This document shows, piece after piece, positions 1 to 10,639 of a stretch of 64,000 nt of DNA. This DNA is from a plasmid: sequence record NZ_CP024444.1. The stretch is one strand, 5' to 3'. The translations under genes and the position numbers were made by a program. The notes below the pieces were generated by a model. That model saw nothing but the letters and a program-made list of their open reading frames with translations. It was not told the DNA's origin and searched no databases. Each line of letters starts with the position of its first letter. The first letter of the stretch is position 1.

Positions 1-504
1 AGTACGGATATCACTTACATCCGCCTGTCTAAGGGCTTCGTTTATTTGATGGCGGTGATTGATTGGTACAGTCGTTATGTCTTGGACTGGTCGCTATCAA
101 CGACACTTGAAGCAGATTTCTGCATTGATACGGTGGGTAAACTATTGCACAATGGGTTACGCTGTGAGATTTTTAATACGGATCAAGGCTCGCAGTTCAC
201 CACGCCAAGATTTACCATGCCACTCATTGATTCGGGCATTGCTGTGAGCATGGATGGTCGTGGCAGGGCGTTGGACAATATCTTTGTGGAAAGGCTTTGG
301 CGGTCAGTAAAATACGAGTGCGTGTATTTACGCCAGTTTGATACAGTCAGTCAAGCCAGAGTTGGTTTGAAAGAATATTTCGAGTTTTACAATCATGAGC
401 GGTTGCATCAGTCGCTTGATTACCATACCCCTGCACAGGTTTATTTGAACAATAGTTCGGATAATACTGTGCTTTATCAACCCAATTCTATCTTAATTTT
501 ATAA
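1..504 (+). CDS. IS3-family transposase OrfB (DDE integrase core), C-terminal part
   Basis: Frame open from nt 1 (STDITYIRLSKGFVYLMAVIDWYSRYVL...). About 95% identical to the OrfB at 10640-11410. Carries the rve-type DDE region. Confidence 0.85.
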   Translation, partial: STDITYIRLSKGFVYLMAVIDWYSRYVLDWSLSTTLEADFCIDTVGKLLHNGLRCEIFNTDQGSQFTTPRFTMPLIDSGIAVSMDGRGRALDNIFVERLWRSVKYECVYLRQFDTVSQARVGLKEYFEFYNHERLHQSLDYHTPAQVYLNNSSDNTVLYQPNSILIL

Positions 505-535
505 TAATTTGGTCTAGACATTGGGGAGTACCTTA
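1..535 (+). mobile_element. IS3-family insertion sequence, copy A (3' portion only; truncated by the window edge)
   Basis: Same sequence as the right parts of the elements at 10172-11441 and 24017-25287. Ends with the shared terminus ...TTTGGTCTAGACATTGGGGAGTACCTTA at 535. Confidence 0.85.
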
Positions 536-668
536 CTATTTAATTTAATTAGCACCAAAAATCACAAACGCTTTTTTTAGCACCTGTAAATTTTTTTACC
601 TTCATAAAGCACTTTTTAATGCTGTTAATCCTATTATTAGCTTGTACTCTAGCATTTTAATAACTGGG

Positions 669-1388
669 CTATAAAGTACCCTGAAAATGATAGCGCTCAC
701 CTGCATACCACATATTGACCACTGTAAGCACTTGGTCTTGCGATAACGTTTTACGGTTTAGCAATAACACCGGCGCACCAACTTCGATAGACAGAGCCTT
801 TGCGATTACTTTATTCGCCAATTTAGCAGATATGGTGTATTCACCACCTTGTAAAGGCGCATGGGCAATTAAGTACTCACTAGTATTAACTTGGGTAAAA
901 TCCTGCGCTAAAAAATCGCCTACCTTGCTGTGATTGACCCAACGCTCTTCAAATTGTAAAGGCACGTTGTCCGCAAAATGGATAATCTTTACAGTAGCAA
1001 TTTGGCTTTGATCCTTCTCTACAGGGGTACAAAACTGTGCCTGTATGCTATCAGGCAATTGTGAAAACTCAAGCAATCGTTGCTCCAAAACTTGCGCCTG
1101 ATATAGATGGTCTTGTGCTTGAATATCATGCGCAATATTTCGTATTTCAACAAAAGTGTGACTAAAATGTCGCTGTGTCACAAATGTGCCTGAGCCTTGA
1201 CGTCGCTCAAGCACGTTTTCTTCAGACAATTCCTTTAACGCTCGATTGACCGTCATACGAGACACCCCAAACTGCTGCGCTAAGGTAAGCTCAGGTGCAA
1301 TTGCTTCTCCAGCTTGCCATTCACCTTCATGAATCTTTTGTAAAATCATCTGTTTGATTTGTAGGTAGCGAGGAGTTTTTTTGCTCAT
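669..1388 (-). CDS. hutC: GntR/HutC-family histidine utilisation repressor
   Basis: N-terminal GntR wHTH (LAQQFGVSRMTVNRALKEL) plus a UTRA-like C-terminal domain. Divergent from hutH. The track ORF starts at 1403 (MWLLLMSKK); the ATG at 1388 (MSKKTPRY) matches HutC N-termini better. Confidence 0.8.
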   Translation of the reverse strand: MSKKTPRYLQIKQMILQKIHEGEWQAGEAIAPELTLAQQFGVSRMTVNRALKELSEENVLERRQGSGTFVTQRHFSHTFVEIRNIAHDIQAQDHLYQAQVLEQRLLEFSQLPDSIQAQFCTPVEKDQSQIATVKIIHFADNVPLQFEERWVNHSKVGDFLAQDFTQVNTSEYLIAHAPLQGGEYTISAKLANKVIAKALSIEVGAPVLLLNRKTLSQDQVLTVVNMWYAGERYHFQGTL

Positions 1389-1510
1389 TAGTAACAACCA
1401 CAATATTATTTAACGTAAAAATAGCCTTTGCCAGACTTGGCAAATTGACTTGATATGATACTGAGAAAATAGCAAAAAAAATACTTGCTAAACCAGTTAT
1501 AAGTTGATAA

Positions 1511-1524
1511 TTTGTATATACAAA
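1511..1524. promoter_or_regulatory. Candidate HutC operator (perfect 14-bp palindrome TTTGTATATACAAA)
   Basis: Lies in the hutC-hutH intergenic region. Resembles the Pseudomonas hut operator core CTTGTATGTACAAG. Confidence 0.55.
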
Positions 1525-1587
1525 TATTCATTTGTTTCCATTACAAGGACTGAACATGGAAAAAATCAACGATTTCAAGGGGTTAAT

Positions 1588-3144
1588 ATGACTGTGTTAA
1601 CTTTAATAACTGGTAAATTAACCCTTGAACAATTACGCCAAGTCTATGACCAAGACGTAACAATTGAGCTAGTGGCAAGCGCGTATGAGGCGATTGATGC
1701 CTCACGCAAAGCAGTTGAAGCAATCATTGCCAAAGATAAATCGGCTTATGGGATTAATACAGGCTTTGGTTTACTTGCCAAAACGCGTATCAGTGACGAT
1801 GAGCTTGAGCTTTTGCAGCGTAATTTGATTTTGTCACATTCGGTTGGGACTGGTGAGCGCTTACCTGATAATGTGGTACGTTTGATTATGGTGATGAAGG
1901 TTTCAAGCCTTGCACAAGGAATGTCAGGCGTACGACGTGAATTGGTCGATAGCTTATTGGGCATTATCAATCACAATATCATCCCCAACATTCCTGCCAA
2001 AGGCTCGGTAGGCGCATCAGGTGATTTAGCGCCATTGTCACACATGACTTTAGCTATGCTAGGTGAAGGCGAAGTGTTTGTTAATGGCAACAAACTATCT
2101 GCCAAACAAGCACTCAGTGATGCTGGGTTGCAGCCCATTACATTAGCAGCAAAAGAAGGCTTGGCGTTGATCAACGGCACCCAAACCTCAACTGCGCTGA
2201 CGCTACGTGGTTATTTTATGGCGCAAGACTTGGTGGCAACAGCGACGGCGGTTGGCTCGTTATCGATTGATGCTGCTAAAGGCTCGGATGCCCCTTTCGA
2301 TCCACGCATTCATCAAGCGCGTGGACATCATGGACAAATTGAGATTGCCAAAACCCATCGCCAGTTAATTGAAGGCAGTAAAATTCGTGCATCACACCAA
2401 GGCGACAACGATGACCGTGTACAAGACCCTTATTGTTTACGCTGTCAGCCCCAGGTCATGGGTGCATGTCTAGATTTAATCAACCAAGCTGGCAAGACCT
2501 TACTGATTGAAGCCAATGCGGTAACTGATAACCCCTTAATTTTTAGTGATAATAATAATCCTGTGGCGATTTCTGGCGGCAACTTTCACGCTGAGCCAGT
2601 AGCATTTGCTGCTGATATTTTAGCCTTGGCAATTAGTGAAATTGGCTCGATGAGTGAGCGCCGTGTGGCGTTATTGATTGATACCACGTTATCAGGTTTG
2701 CCGCCGTTTTTGGTGAACAACCCTGGCGTCAACTCGGGTTTTATGATTGCGCATGTTACGGCCGCTGCTTTAGCCAGTGAAAACAAATCACACGCCCATC
2801 CTGCGAGTGTTGACAGTATCCCTACGTCTGCCAATCAAGAAGATCATGTATCGATGGCAACCTTTGCTGGTAGACGCTTATTTGAGATGGCGCACAACAC
2901 CGCTACGATTGTCGCAATTGAGTTATTGGCAGCAGCGCAAGGCATAGATTTTCATCAGCAAGACGGTTTGACCACCTCCGCTTATTTACAAGTAGTTTAT
3001 GACAGGCTACGTCAACAAGTCGCCTATTATGATAAAGACCGCTATTTTGCACCTGATATTGAAGCGGCAAAGCAATTGGTGCTCAATGCTGAACTCATTG
3101 ATAATTGGGCGGCATTGCGCGAAAACTGGTTTTTAGCCAACTAA
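1588..3144 (+). CDS. hutH: histidine ammonia-lyase
   Basis: ASG MIO-forming motif ([15 protein letters not shown]); aromatic amino-acid lyase family. The ATG at 1588 is preceded by AAGGGG; the track ORF starts earlier in an unlikely leader. Confidence 0.9.
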   Translation: MTVLTLITGKLTLEQLRQVYDQDVTIELVASAYEAIDASRKAVEAIIAKDKSAYGINTGFGLLAKTRISDDELELLQRNLILSHSVGTGERLPDNVVRLIMVMKVSSLAQGMSGVRRELVDSLLGIINHNIIPNIPAKGSVGASGDLAPLSHMTLAMLGEGEVFVNGNKLSAKQALSDAGLQPITLAAKEGLALINGTQTSTALTLRGYFMAQDLVATATAVGSLSIDAAKGSDAPFDPRIHQARGHHGQIEIAKTHRQLIEGSKIRASHQGDNDDRVQDPYCLRCQPQVMGACLDLINQAGKTLLIEANAVTDNPLIFSDNNNPVAISGGNFHAEPVAFAADILALAISEIGSMSERRVALLIDTTLSGLPPFLVNNPGVNSGFMIAHVTAAALASENKSHAHPASVDSIPTSANQEDHVSMATFAGRRLFEMAHNTATIVAIELLAAAQGIDFHQQDGLTTSAYLQVVYDRLRQQVAYYDKDRYFAPDIEAAKQLVLNAELIDNWAALRENWFLAN

Positions 3145-3176
3145 TCAACATTGTTCACCCATTATAAGGACTTAAT

Positions 3177-4895
3177 ATGGAAAACTTCACCCGCCGTGAC
3201 GAAAGTCGTAACATCTTAGCGCCAACTGGCACGTCATTGACTTGTAAAAGCTGGCTGACTGAAGCGCCTTTTCGCATGATTCAAAACAACCTGCATCCTG
3301 ACGTCGCTGAAAATCCTAAAAGTCTAGTGGTATATGGCGGTATTGGACGTGCGGCGCGAAACTGGGAATGTTATGACCAAATTCTTGCATCATTAAAAGA
3401 ATTGGAAGATAACCAAACTTTGCTGATTCAATCAGGTAAACCAGTGGGTGTGTTTAACACTCACGAAAACGCCCCACGAGTGCTGATTGCCAACTCAAAC
3501 CTTGTGCCGCGTTGGGCGACTTGGGAGCATTTTAATGAGCTTGATCGTAAAGATTTGTTCATGTATGGGCAAATGACGGCAGGTAGCTGGATCTATATTG
3601 GTACTCAAGGGATTGTCCAAGGTACTTACGAAACTTTTGCCGAAGCTGGACGTCAGCACTACCCAAGCGAAACAGGGGATAACTGGAAAGGTCGTTGGAT
3701 TTTGACGGCGGGTCTTGGTGGGATGGGTGGTGCACAACCGCTAGCAGCGACATTTGCTGGTGCCACATCACTTAACATCGAATGCCAACAATCAAGCATC
3801 GATTTTCGCCTACGTACTGGCTACATTGATAAACAAGCGAAAGATTTGAATGATGCTTACCGCTTGATTAAAGAACATACCGAAAAAGGTGAGGCAGTAT
3901 CAATCGCTTTATTAGGTAATGCTGCCGAGATTTTACCTGAGATGGTAAAACGGTCACAAAACGCTTCAGCCAATGAAAAATGGCTTAAACCGGATCTTGT
4001 CACTGACCAAACTTCTGCACATGACTTGATTAATGGTTATTTGCCAATAGGTTGGACGGTTGAAGAATGGAAAGCCGCTCAACAAGACCCAGACCAGCAC
4101 GAACAGCTAAAGAAAGATGCCGCGCGGTCTTGTGCTATCCACGTTGAAGCCATACTGCATTTTCAAGAACTGGGTATCCCAGCCACTGATTATGGCAATA
4201 ATATCCGCCAAGTAGCTTTCGATGAAGGGGTCAAAAATGCCTTTGATTTTCCTGGATTTGTCCCTGCCTATATTCGTCCGCTATTTTGTCAAGGTAAAGG
4301 ACCTTTCCGCTGGGTTGCTTTGTCAGGCGACCCAGAAGATATCTATAAAACTGACCAAAAAATCAAAGAGCTGTTCCCTGACAATAAACACGTCCACAAC
4401 TGGCTTGATATGGCAAAAGACCGCATTCACTTTCAAGGCTTGCCCGCTCGTATCTGTTGGCTAGGCTTAGGGGAGCGGGATAAAGCGGGGCTTGCCTTTA
4501 ACGAGATGGTAAAAAATGGTGAGCTTAAAGCGCCGATTGTCATCGGTCGTGACCACTTGGACACAGGCTCGGTTGCCAGTCCGAACCGTGAAACTGAAAG
4601 CATGAAAGATGGCACTGATGCCGTGTCAGACTGGGCACTGCTGAACGGTATGCTTAACGTGGCAGGTGGCGCAACTTGGGTATCATTACATCACGGTGGT
4701 GGTGTAGGTATGGGCTACTCACAGCATTCAGGCATGGTCATTGTCGCTGACGGTACCGATGCTGCTGCCAAACGTCTTGCCAATGTGTTGGTCAATGATT
4801 GTGGTAGTGGTGTGATGCGTCATGCAGACGCTGGCTATGAGCTTGCCATTGAGACAGCAAAAAATTATGGCCTAAAATTACCCATGATTAAATAA
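3177..4895 (+). CDS. hutU: urocanate hydratase
   Basis: 572 aa, typical HutU length and context between hutH and hutG/hutI. Good RBS (TAAGGA). Confidence 0.9.
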   Translation: MENFTRRDESRNILAPTGTSLTCKSWLTEAPFRMIQNNLHPDVAENPKSLVVYGGIGRAARNWECYDQILASLKELEDNQTLLIQSGKPVGVFNTHENAPRVLIANSNLVPRWATWEHFNELDRKDLFMYGQMTAGSWIYIGTQGIVQGTYETFAEAGRQHYPSETGDNWKGRWILTAGLGGMGGAQPLAATFAGATSLNIECQQSSIDFRLRTGYIDKQAKDLNDAYRLIKEHTEKGEAVSIALLGNAAEILPEMVKRSQNASANEKWLKPDLVTDQTSAHDLINGYLPIGWTVEEWKAAQQDPDQHEQLKKDAARSCAIHVEAILHFQELGIPATDYGNNIRQVAFDEGVKNAFDFPGFVPAYIRPLFCQGKGPFRWVALSGDPEDIYKTDQKIKELFPDNKHVHNWLDMAKDRIHFQGLPARICWLGLGERDKAGLAFNEMVKNGELKAPIVIGRDHLDTGSVASPNRETESMKDGTDAVSDWALLNGMLNVAGGATWVSLHHGGGVGMGYSQHSGMVIVADGTDAAAKRLANVLVNDCGSGVMRHADAGYELAIETAKNYGLKLPMIK

Positions 4896-5065
4896 GCCCG
4901 ATTACTTAAAAGTCATTTTAGTAAAGTCGTTTTAATGGATTTGTCTTTACTAAATTTAAGATAACCTTAACTCGGGTATTTGGTGGCACGCTTAGTGGTT
5001 TGTTTACTTTATAAGCTCCAAGGCTGCTTTGTTAGTTGACAATGTTTTTATTAAGGAAATCATAT

Positions 5066-5740
5066 ATGCATTATTCACCAAAAAAAGATGGGCCTCGTAG
5101 TCATGGTCTTCCATATGACCCGTTTAAAAGTAGCGCTGTGCCCCGTCCTATCGGCTGGATTTCAACCGTGTCAGCGGATGGTAAACACAATTTAGCCCCC
5201 TATAGCCAATACCAAAATCTGACATGGGATCCACCGATGGTGATGTTTGTTGCCAATCAATCGGTGCTCGACAATGGTAAGAGCCGTAAAGACACGGTGC
5301 GTAATATTGAAGAAACAGGCTGGTTTGTGTGGAATATGGCAACCTACGATTTGCGAGAGGCGGTCAATCGCTCGGCTAAAGCTTTGCCTTATGGCGAAGA
5401 TGAGTTTGAATTTGCTGGTGTCACCAAGGCTAGTTGTCTTGAAGCCCCAGGCGCTAGAGTGGCGGAGTCACCGATTAATTTTGAAATTGAGTTTGTCCAA
5501 TCACTGCATATTCCGACAGGAAATCCTGTTTCTACCTTTGATTTAATCATTGGTCGGGTTGCGCATGTGCATATTAAAGATGAGTTTATTTTAGACGATG
5601 GTAAAATTGATATTTTATCCATTAAGCCTTTGGCGCGCTTGGGTTATTACGATTATACCTATGTGGATAAAATGTTTGAGATGAAAGCACCTGCAGCTAC
5701 GGCTGAAGAGTTAGCTGGTTTAGAAGGTCGTACTGATTAA
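5066..5740 (+). CDS. flavin reductase-like (FMN-binding split-barrel) protein
   Basis: PIGWISTVSADGKHNLAPYS...FVAN motif pattern typical of the flavin reductase domain. ATG at 5066 with AAGGAAA RBS. Confidence 0.55.
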   Translation: MHYSPKKDGPRSHGLPYDPFKSSAVPRPIGWISTVSADGKHNLAPYSQYQNLTWDPPMVMFVANQSVLDNGKSRKDTVRNIEETGWFVWNMATYDLREAVNRSAKALPYGEDEFEFAGVTKASCLEAPGARVAESPINFEIEFVQSLHIPTGNPVSTFDLIIGRVAHVHIKDEFILDDGKIDILSIKPLARLGYYDYTYVDKMFEMKAPAATAEELAGLEGRTD

Positions 5741-5853
5741 ATTTTAATTTACTTAGTAAGACATTGGTACGCGATGGCTGATCAAGTATTGATTAAGCGA
5801 TAAGTTAATGCTTGGTCAGCTGATATATTGGTTGTCATTAAAAAGGAATTTCT

Positions 5854-7278
5854 ATGAACCAGCTGTCTACTGATATCCCCAAACAAGCTGTTTCTGCTGT
5901 GAATAGCGGTATTATTGAACACCGTACAATTGATTTTATCCCAGAGTCTGAGCGCCACGGCAGTCTATTTAGCCAGTTTACCTTATGGTTTGGCGCTAAT
6001 TTACAAATTACTGCCATAGTGACTGGGGCATTAGCCGTGGTGCTTGGTGGCGATGTATTTTGGTCAATTATTGGGCTGTTTATAGGTCAGCTATTTGGCG
6101 CATTTGTCATGGCTTTACATGCGGTGCAGGGTCCCAAACTTGGCTTGCCACAGATGATTTCAAGCCGTGTGCAGTTTGGTGTACTTGGCGCAGGTATTCC
6201 GATTGCTCTAGTGTGTGTGATGTACATTGGCTTTATCGCCACAGGGTCGGTGCTGTCGGGGCAAGCCTTATCAAAGCTGTTTAATATCTCCACAAGTATG
6301 GGTATTTTAATTTTTGCAGGGCTAATTATTATCTTTGCATCGCTGGGTTATCGTATTATTCATGTGATGGGGAAGGTCAGTAGTGTTGTTGGCGTATTGT
6401 CGTTTATTTATCTATTTGGGGCGATTTTTGCCAAGTCAGATATTAGCAGTTTACTTGCGGTCAATCATTTTAGCTGGACTTCATTTTTTTTGGCAATTGC
6501 CTTATCGGCTTCTTGGCAGATTTCGTATGGCCCGTATGTGGCGGATTATTCTCGTTATTTGCCCTCAAATACCGATGGCCGCAAGGTATTTTGGTCGGTG
6601 TTTTCGGGGACAGTCATCGGCGCACAGTTGGCGATGATTTTGGGTGTGTTTGTTGCCCAGTTGGCTCAAGGTAGTTTTTTGGGTCATGAAGTCAGCTATA
6701 TGGTAGGGCTGTCGAGTGCAGGGCTGATTGCGGTGTTATTGTATGCCAGTATTGTGGTGGGTAAGCTTACCATGTCTGTGCTAAGTGCGTACGGTAGTTT
6801 TATGTGTATGGCGACAATGGTAAGTGGGGCAAATGCTTCTATTAAATTTACCAAGATGCAGCGGATCGTGGTGGTAATATTGGTAGTTTGTTTTTCTGCA
6901 GGCATTGCACTGGTAGGGCAAGCTGAGTTTTTAAAACTATTTAAGAATTTTATTTTATTTCTTTTAACGTTTTTTATCCCGTGGAGTGCTATCAATCTAG
7001 TCGATTATTATAAAATCTCGAAAGGTCGCTATAATATTGAGGCACTGGGTGATGTCAATGGTCAGTATGGTAAATGGAATTGGGTGGGCTTGGGCTGTTA
7101 TATGGCAGGTATCCTCATTCAGCTTCCGTTTATTGATAGTCCGTTTTTTACAGGGAGCATTGCCAAAGCAGTGGGAGGGCTAGATTTATCATGGCTTGTT
7201 GGGTTGGTAGCAACAGGGATTTTGTATTACTTTCTCGCTAAGCGACAACGTGACAATACCACACTGTTGGTAAATTAA
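5854..7278 (+). CDS. NCS1-family (purine/cytosine/hydantoin-type) permease, probable hut-associated transporter
   Basis: 474 aa, about 12 predicted TM helices. NCS1-like N-terminal region (ESERHGSLFSQFTLWFGANLQI). Embedded in the hut operon. Confidence 0.6.
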   Translation: MNQLSTDIPKQAVSAVNSGIIEHRTIDFIPESERHGSLFSQFTLWFGANLQITAIVTGALAVVLGGDVFWSIIGLFIGQLFGAFVMALHAVQGPKLGLPQMISSRVQFGVLGAGIPIALVCVMYIGFIATGSVLSGQALSKLFNISTSMGILIFAGLIIIFASLGYRIIHVMGKVSSVVGVLSFIYLFGAIFAKSDISSLLAVNHFSWTSFFLAIALSASWQISYGPYVADYSRYLPSNTDGRKVFWSVFSGTVIGAQLAMILGVFVAQLAQGSFLGHEVSYMVGLSSAGLIAVLLYASIVVGKLTMSVLSAYGSFMCMATMVSGANASIKFTKMQRIVVVILVVCFSAGIALVGQAEFLKLFKNFILFLLTFFIPWSAINLVDYYKISKGRYNIEALGDVNGQYGKWNWVGLGCYMAGILIQLPFIDSPFFTGSIAKAVGGLDLSWLVGLVATGILYYFLAKRQRDNTTLLVN

Positions 7279-7287
7279 AGATTGGGT

Positions 7288-7400
7288 AGCCCATCAAAAA
7301 GTATGCTGAATAAAAACAGGCTGAAACATTGATAGAAGTTAGTATTTTTTATATCAATAATGGATCTGCTTGACGTCAGCATATTTTTTAAAGCCCATCA
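7288..7400. mobile_element. MITE-like 113-bp element derived from the IS1-family IS at 57114-57901
   Basis: The left end CCCATCAAAAAGTATGCTGA and the right end TATATCAATAATGGATCTGCTTGACGTCAGCATATTTTTTAAAGCCCATC match the terminal IR and subterminal right end (TACATCAATAATGGCTTCATTTAATGTCAGCATACTTTTTGAAACACC) of that IS. No transposase is present. Confidence 0.6.
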
Positions 7401-7476
7401 AATAACAAATGTGACCTAAAAACTCTGACAACCGCACAATTATTGACAATGAGTTTAGCATAATTGGAAAAATAAC

Positions 7477-8508
7477 ATGGCACATGTGGAAGTAACCGAG
7501 TATAACCCAGACCTTTACACAGGACGCGCCGAGCCTTACGAGTCAAGTGTTGCTCAATACTGGTATCAACATATTAAGGCATTTAATAGCGACCAACCGA
7601 AAAAAATTGGCTTAGTAGGGTTTGCCTCCGATCAGGGGGTTAACCGTAACCAAGGACGTATTGGTGCGAAATACGCCCCTGATGCCATCAAAGCCGCCCT
7701 CGCCAAATTACCCGTGCCTTTATCAATCCAGAAACAAGGTGAAAAACTAACAAACTTAACAAACTTGGTCGGAGATATGGGCAATGTCGCTTGTGTTGAC
7801 GATGATACGATTGTCCCCGAAATTTTGGAATCGGCTCAACAGACTTATGCCAATCAAATCACTCATATCCTTGCTCAACATAGTCTTGCTATTGGCTTAG
7901 GGGGTGGACATGAAATCGCCTATGGCAGTTTTATGGGACTATGGCAGCATCTTACACAGACTGAAATAACCCTACCTACTATCGGCATTATCAATATTGA
8001 TGCCCATTTTGACTTACGTCAAGACCAGTATGCCACTTCTGGCACGCCTTTTCGCCAAATATCGGAACTTTTAGCTGAGCAACATCAAGATTTTTATTAT
8101 TTGTGTGTGGGTATTAGCCAGTTTGCTAACACAGCGGCTTTGTTTGAGCGAGCCGAAAACTTAAGTGTAAAAACAATTAGTGATGATGATTGTCATCGCC
8201 TTGACTGGTTCGCAATTGAACAGCAAATTTTAAATTTTATCGCCCCGCTTGAAGTGATTTATTTAACGATCGATATGGATGCTTTATCGGGATTTGTCAT
8301 GCCAGCCGTGAGTGCGGTGGCGGCAAAGGGTTTGAGCCTTGATTTTGTTGAGCGCTGCGTGTCGCTGATTATTGGTACTGGCAAAGTCAAGCTAATTGAT
8401 ATGGCAGAAGTCAGTCCGAAGTTTGATATCGATGGGCGAGGACTGAAAGTAGCCAGTCGTTTGCTTGCATTGATGATTGAACAGGTTTTAACTCTTACTA
8501 ACCCCTAA
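7477..8508 (+). CDS. hutG: formimidoylglutamase (arginase family)
   Basis: Arginase/ureohydrolase motifs (GGGHEIAYG, DAHFDLR, DMDAL). Hut context. Confidence 0.85.
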   Translation: MAHVEVTEYNPDLYTGRAEPYESSVAQYWYQHIKAFNSDQPKKIGLVGFASDQGVNRNQGRIGAKYAPDAIKAALAKLPVPLSIQKQGEKLTNLTNLVGDMGNVACVDDDTIVPEILESAQQTYANQITHILAQHSLAIGLGGGHEIAYGSFMGLWQHLTQTEITLPTIGIINIDAHFDLRQDQYATSGTPFRQISELLAEQHQDFYYLCVGISQFANTAALFERAENLSVKTISDDDCHRLDWFAIEQQILNFIAPLEVIYLTIDMDALSGFVMPAVSAVAAKGLSLDFVERCVSLIIGTGKVKLIDMAEVSPKFDIDGRGLKVASRLLALMIEQVLTLTNP

Positions 8509-8523
8509 TATAGGCAGGAAACG

Positions 8524-9756
8524 ATGATGACACAATGTTTTGATACGTTAATTATCCATGCTAATATCGCCACGATGAACGCTGAGTTTGGCTTTGGGCT
8601 AATAGGCGAAAGTGCCGTGCCTTATGGTCAAGTGCTTGATGGCGCCATTGCTATCTCTGATGGCAAAATTGCATGGCTTGGTGCAACTGCCGACATTGAG
8701 CAAATTTCTGCCAAACAAACTATCGACCTACAAGGTAAATGGCTCACCCCAGCCCTCATTGATTGCCATACCCATATCGTGTATGCCGGCAATCGCAGCA
8801 ACGAATTTGAAATGCGACTCAATGGCGTCCGCTACGAAGACATCGCCAAACAAGGGGGTGGGATTTTAGCGACAGTAAAAGCCACTCGGGAAGCAAGCTT
8901 TGATGAGTTGTATGCGCAAAGCGAAAAACGTTTTCAAGCATTGATTGGTGAAGGGGTGGGGACGGTCGAAATCAAATCAGGCTATGGACTTGACCTAGCA
9001 ACTGAGCGAAAAATGCTCCAAGTCGCCCGTAAATTGGGTAAAGACTATGGCGTGACCGTCAAAACTACTTACCTTGCCGCTCATGCTACCCCGCCAGAAT
9101 ATCAACACCAAAATGACGCTTATATCGAACAGGTATGTGAATGGCTACCGATTTTGCATGGCGAAGGCTTAATTGATGCGGTCGATGCGTTTTGTGAACA
9201 CATTGCTTTTAGCACCGAGCAAGTCAGAAGGGTTTTTGATGTTGCAGCATCGCTTGGTTTGCCCGTCAAACTACACGCCGAACAAATGAGCGACATGGGC
9301 GGTGGGGCGTTGGTTGCCTCGTTTGACGGTTTATCGGCTGACCATATCGAATATTTAAGCGATGTAAGCATTGATAAAATGGCACAATCGGGTACGGTAG
9401 GCGTGTTGTTGCCGACTGCTTTTTATGTACTACGAGAAACCAAACTACCACCGATTGAAAAAATGCGTGAACAAGGCGTACGCATGGCAATCTCTACTGA
9501 CTGTAATCCTGGTACCTCACCGTCCACATCCATTTTGCTAGCAATGAATATGGCGTGTACTTTTTTCAAACTTACCCCCGAAGAAGCATTAGCGGGTACA
9601 ACCCTTCATGCCGCCAAAGCCTTGGGGTTACAAGATAGCAAAGGTAAAATTGCGGTGGGCTTTGATGCACAGTTATCAGTGTGGGATATCGATCGACCGG
9701 CGGATTTAAGTTATTTGATTGGCGAAAATAGACATAATAAGCAGTACAAATTCTAA
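8524..9756 (+). CDS. hutI: imidazolonepropionase
   Basis: Amidohydrolase with HutI signature (DCHTHIVYAGNRSNEFEMRLNGVRYEDI). Confidence 0.9.
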   Translation: MMTQCFDTLIIHANIATMNAEFGFGLIGESAVPYGQVLDGAIAISDGKIAWLGATADIEQISAKQTIDLQGKWLTPALIDCHTHIVYAGNRSNEFEMRLNGVRYEDIAKQGGGILATVKATREASFDELYAQSEKRFQALIGEGVGTVEIKSGYGLDLATERKMLQVARKLGKDYGVTVKTTYLAAHATPPEYQHQNDAYIEQVCEWLPILHGEGLIDAVDAFCEHIAFSTEQVRRVFDVAASLGLPVKLHAEQMSDMGGGALVASFDGLSADHIEYLSDVSIDKMAQSGTVGVLLPTAFYVLRETKLPPIEKMREQGVRMAISTDCNPGTSPSTSILLAMNMACTFFKLTPEEALAGTTLHAAKALGLQDSKGKIAVGFDAQLSVWDIDRPADLSYLIGENRHNKQYKF

Positions 9757-10247
9757 GCATTCGATACTACCAACGCATACAAATAAGATGAGCAGCTAAA
9801 TCGCCTGTGGGGGTCTCAATTTCTACTATCAGGCTGCTTGCATCAAGCTGCTTGATGAAATCTACTCACTTTTTTTTCAGCTTTTTGAGTCAAGTAAGTT
9901 ATCATAGCTATCATTGGATTGCGCCGCCTACAAGTTTCCTATCTGCTTTTAGGCTAATCAAAAACACAGACACTTGACCTGATTGGAATGTCTCAATCGC
10001 CTCGCTACGTTTTTTGGTTTGAGCAGTTTTTGCGTTATTTGATGACTGGCTAAAAGCTCTGCTACGTCATTTGCCATGGATTTGTGAGTCACAAGTATAG
10101 TCAGCAATCGCTACAAGACGCATTAACCCTTATAGCGTTTTTCGAAAATCACTGGCTGACATATTAAACTATAATACTCCCGGAAAACTAGACCAAAAAA
10201 TCGTAGTAAATAAGATAGAATAACCTTTAGAAAAAGAGGTCTATCTA

Positions 10248-10538
10248 ATGACAAAAGTTCGTAAACGTCACAATGCTGAATTTAAAAGCAAAGTTGCCAT
10301 TGAAGCCATCAAAGAGCAAAAGACTATCAACGAATTAACCGCAGAATATGGCGTGCATGCAACCCAAATCAGCAACTGGAAAAAGCAAGCCTTGGCTGTC
10401 ATACCAAGTGCCTTTAACACCAAACAACATGACAACGAACAAGCCCAGCAAGCCACTATCGATGAACTGCATCGGCAATTAGGGCAAGTCATTAGCGAGA
10501 GAGACTGGCTTAAAAAAAAGTCCTCACAGCTACCCTAA
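10248..10538 (+). CDS. IS3-family transposase OrfA (HTH)
   Basis: MTKVRKRHNAEFKSKVAIEAIKEQKTINELTAEYGVHATQISNWKKQ: HTH plus leucine-zipper region typical of IS3 OrfA. Confidence 0.85.
   Translation: MTKVRKRHNAEFKSKVAIEAIKEQKTINELTAEYGVHATQISNWKKQALAVIPSAFNTKQHDNEQAQQATIDELHRQLGQVISERDWLKKKSSQLP
10512..10520 (+). promoter_or_regulatory. Programmed -1 ribosomal frameshift site (A8G) for the OrfAB fusion
   Basis: TTAAAAAAAAG at the orfA/orfB frame junction. The same motif is in copy C at 24359-24367. Confidence 0.6.
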
Positions 10539-10639
10539 ATGCTCGTAAACAACTGCTAGAGCCTGACAATAAGGATTTCAGTACTCGTAAGCAATGTGAA
10601 CTACTGGGTATTAACCGCTCAAGCCTGTACTATCAGCCA

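Noticed and set aside
9838-9890. Hairpin after hutI as a rho-independent terminator
   Set aside because: The palindrome CATCAAGC/GCTTGATG has essentially no loop and the T-run lies about 20 nt downstream. It does not fit a canonical intrinsic terminator.
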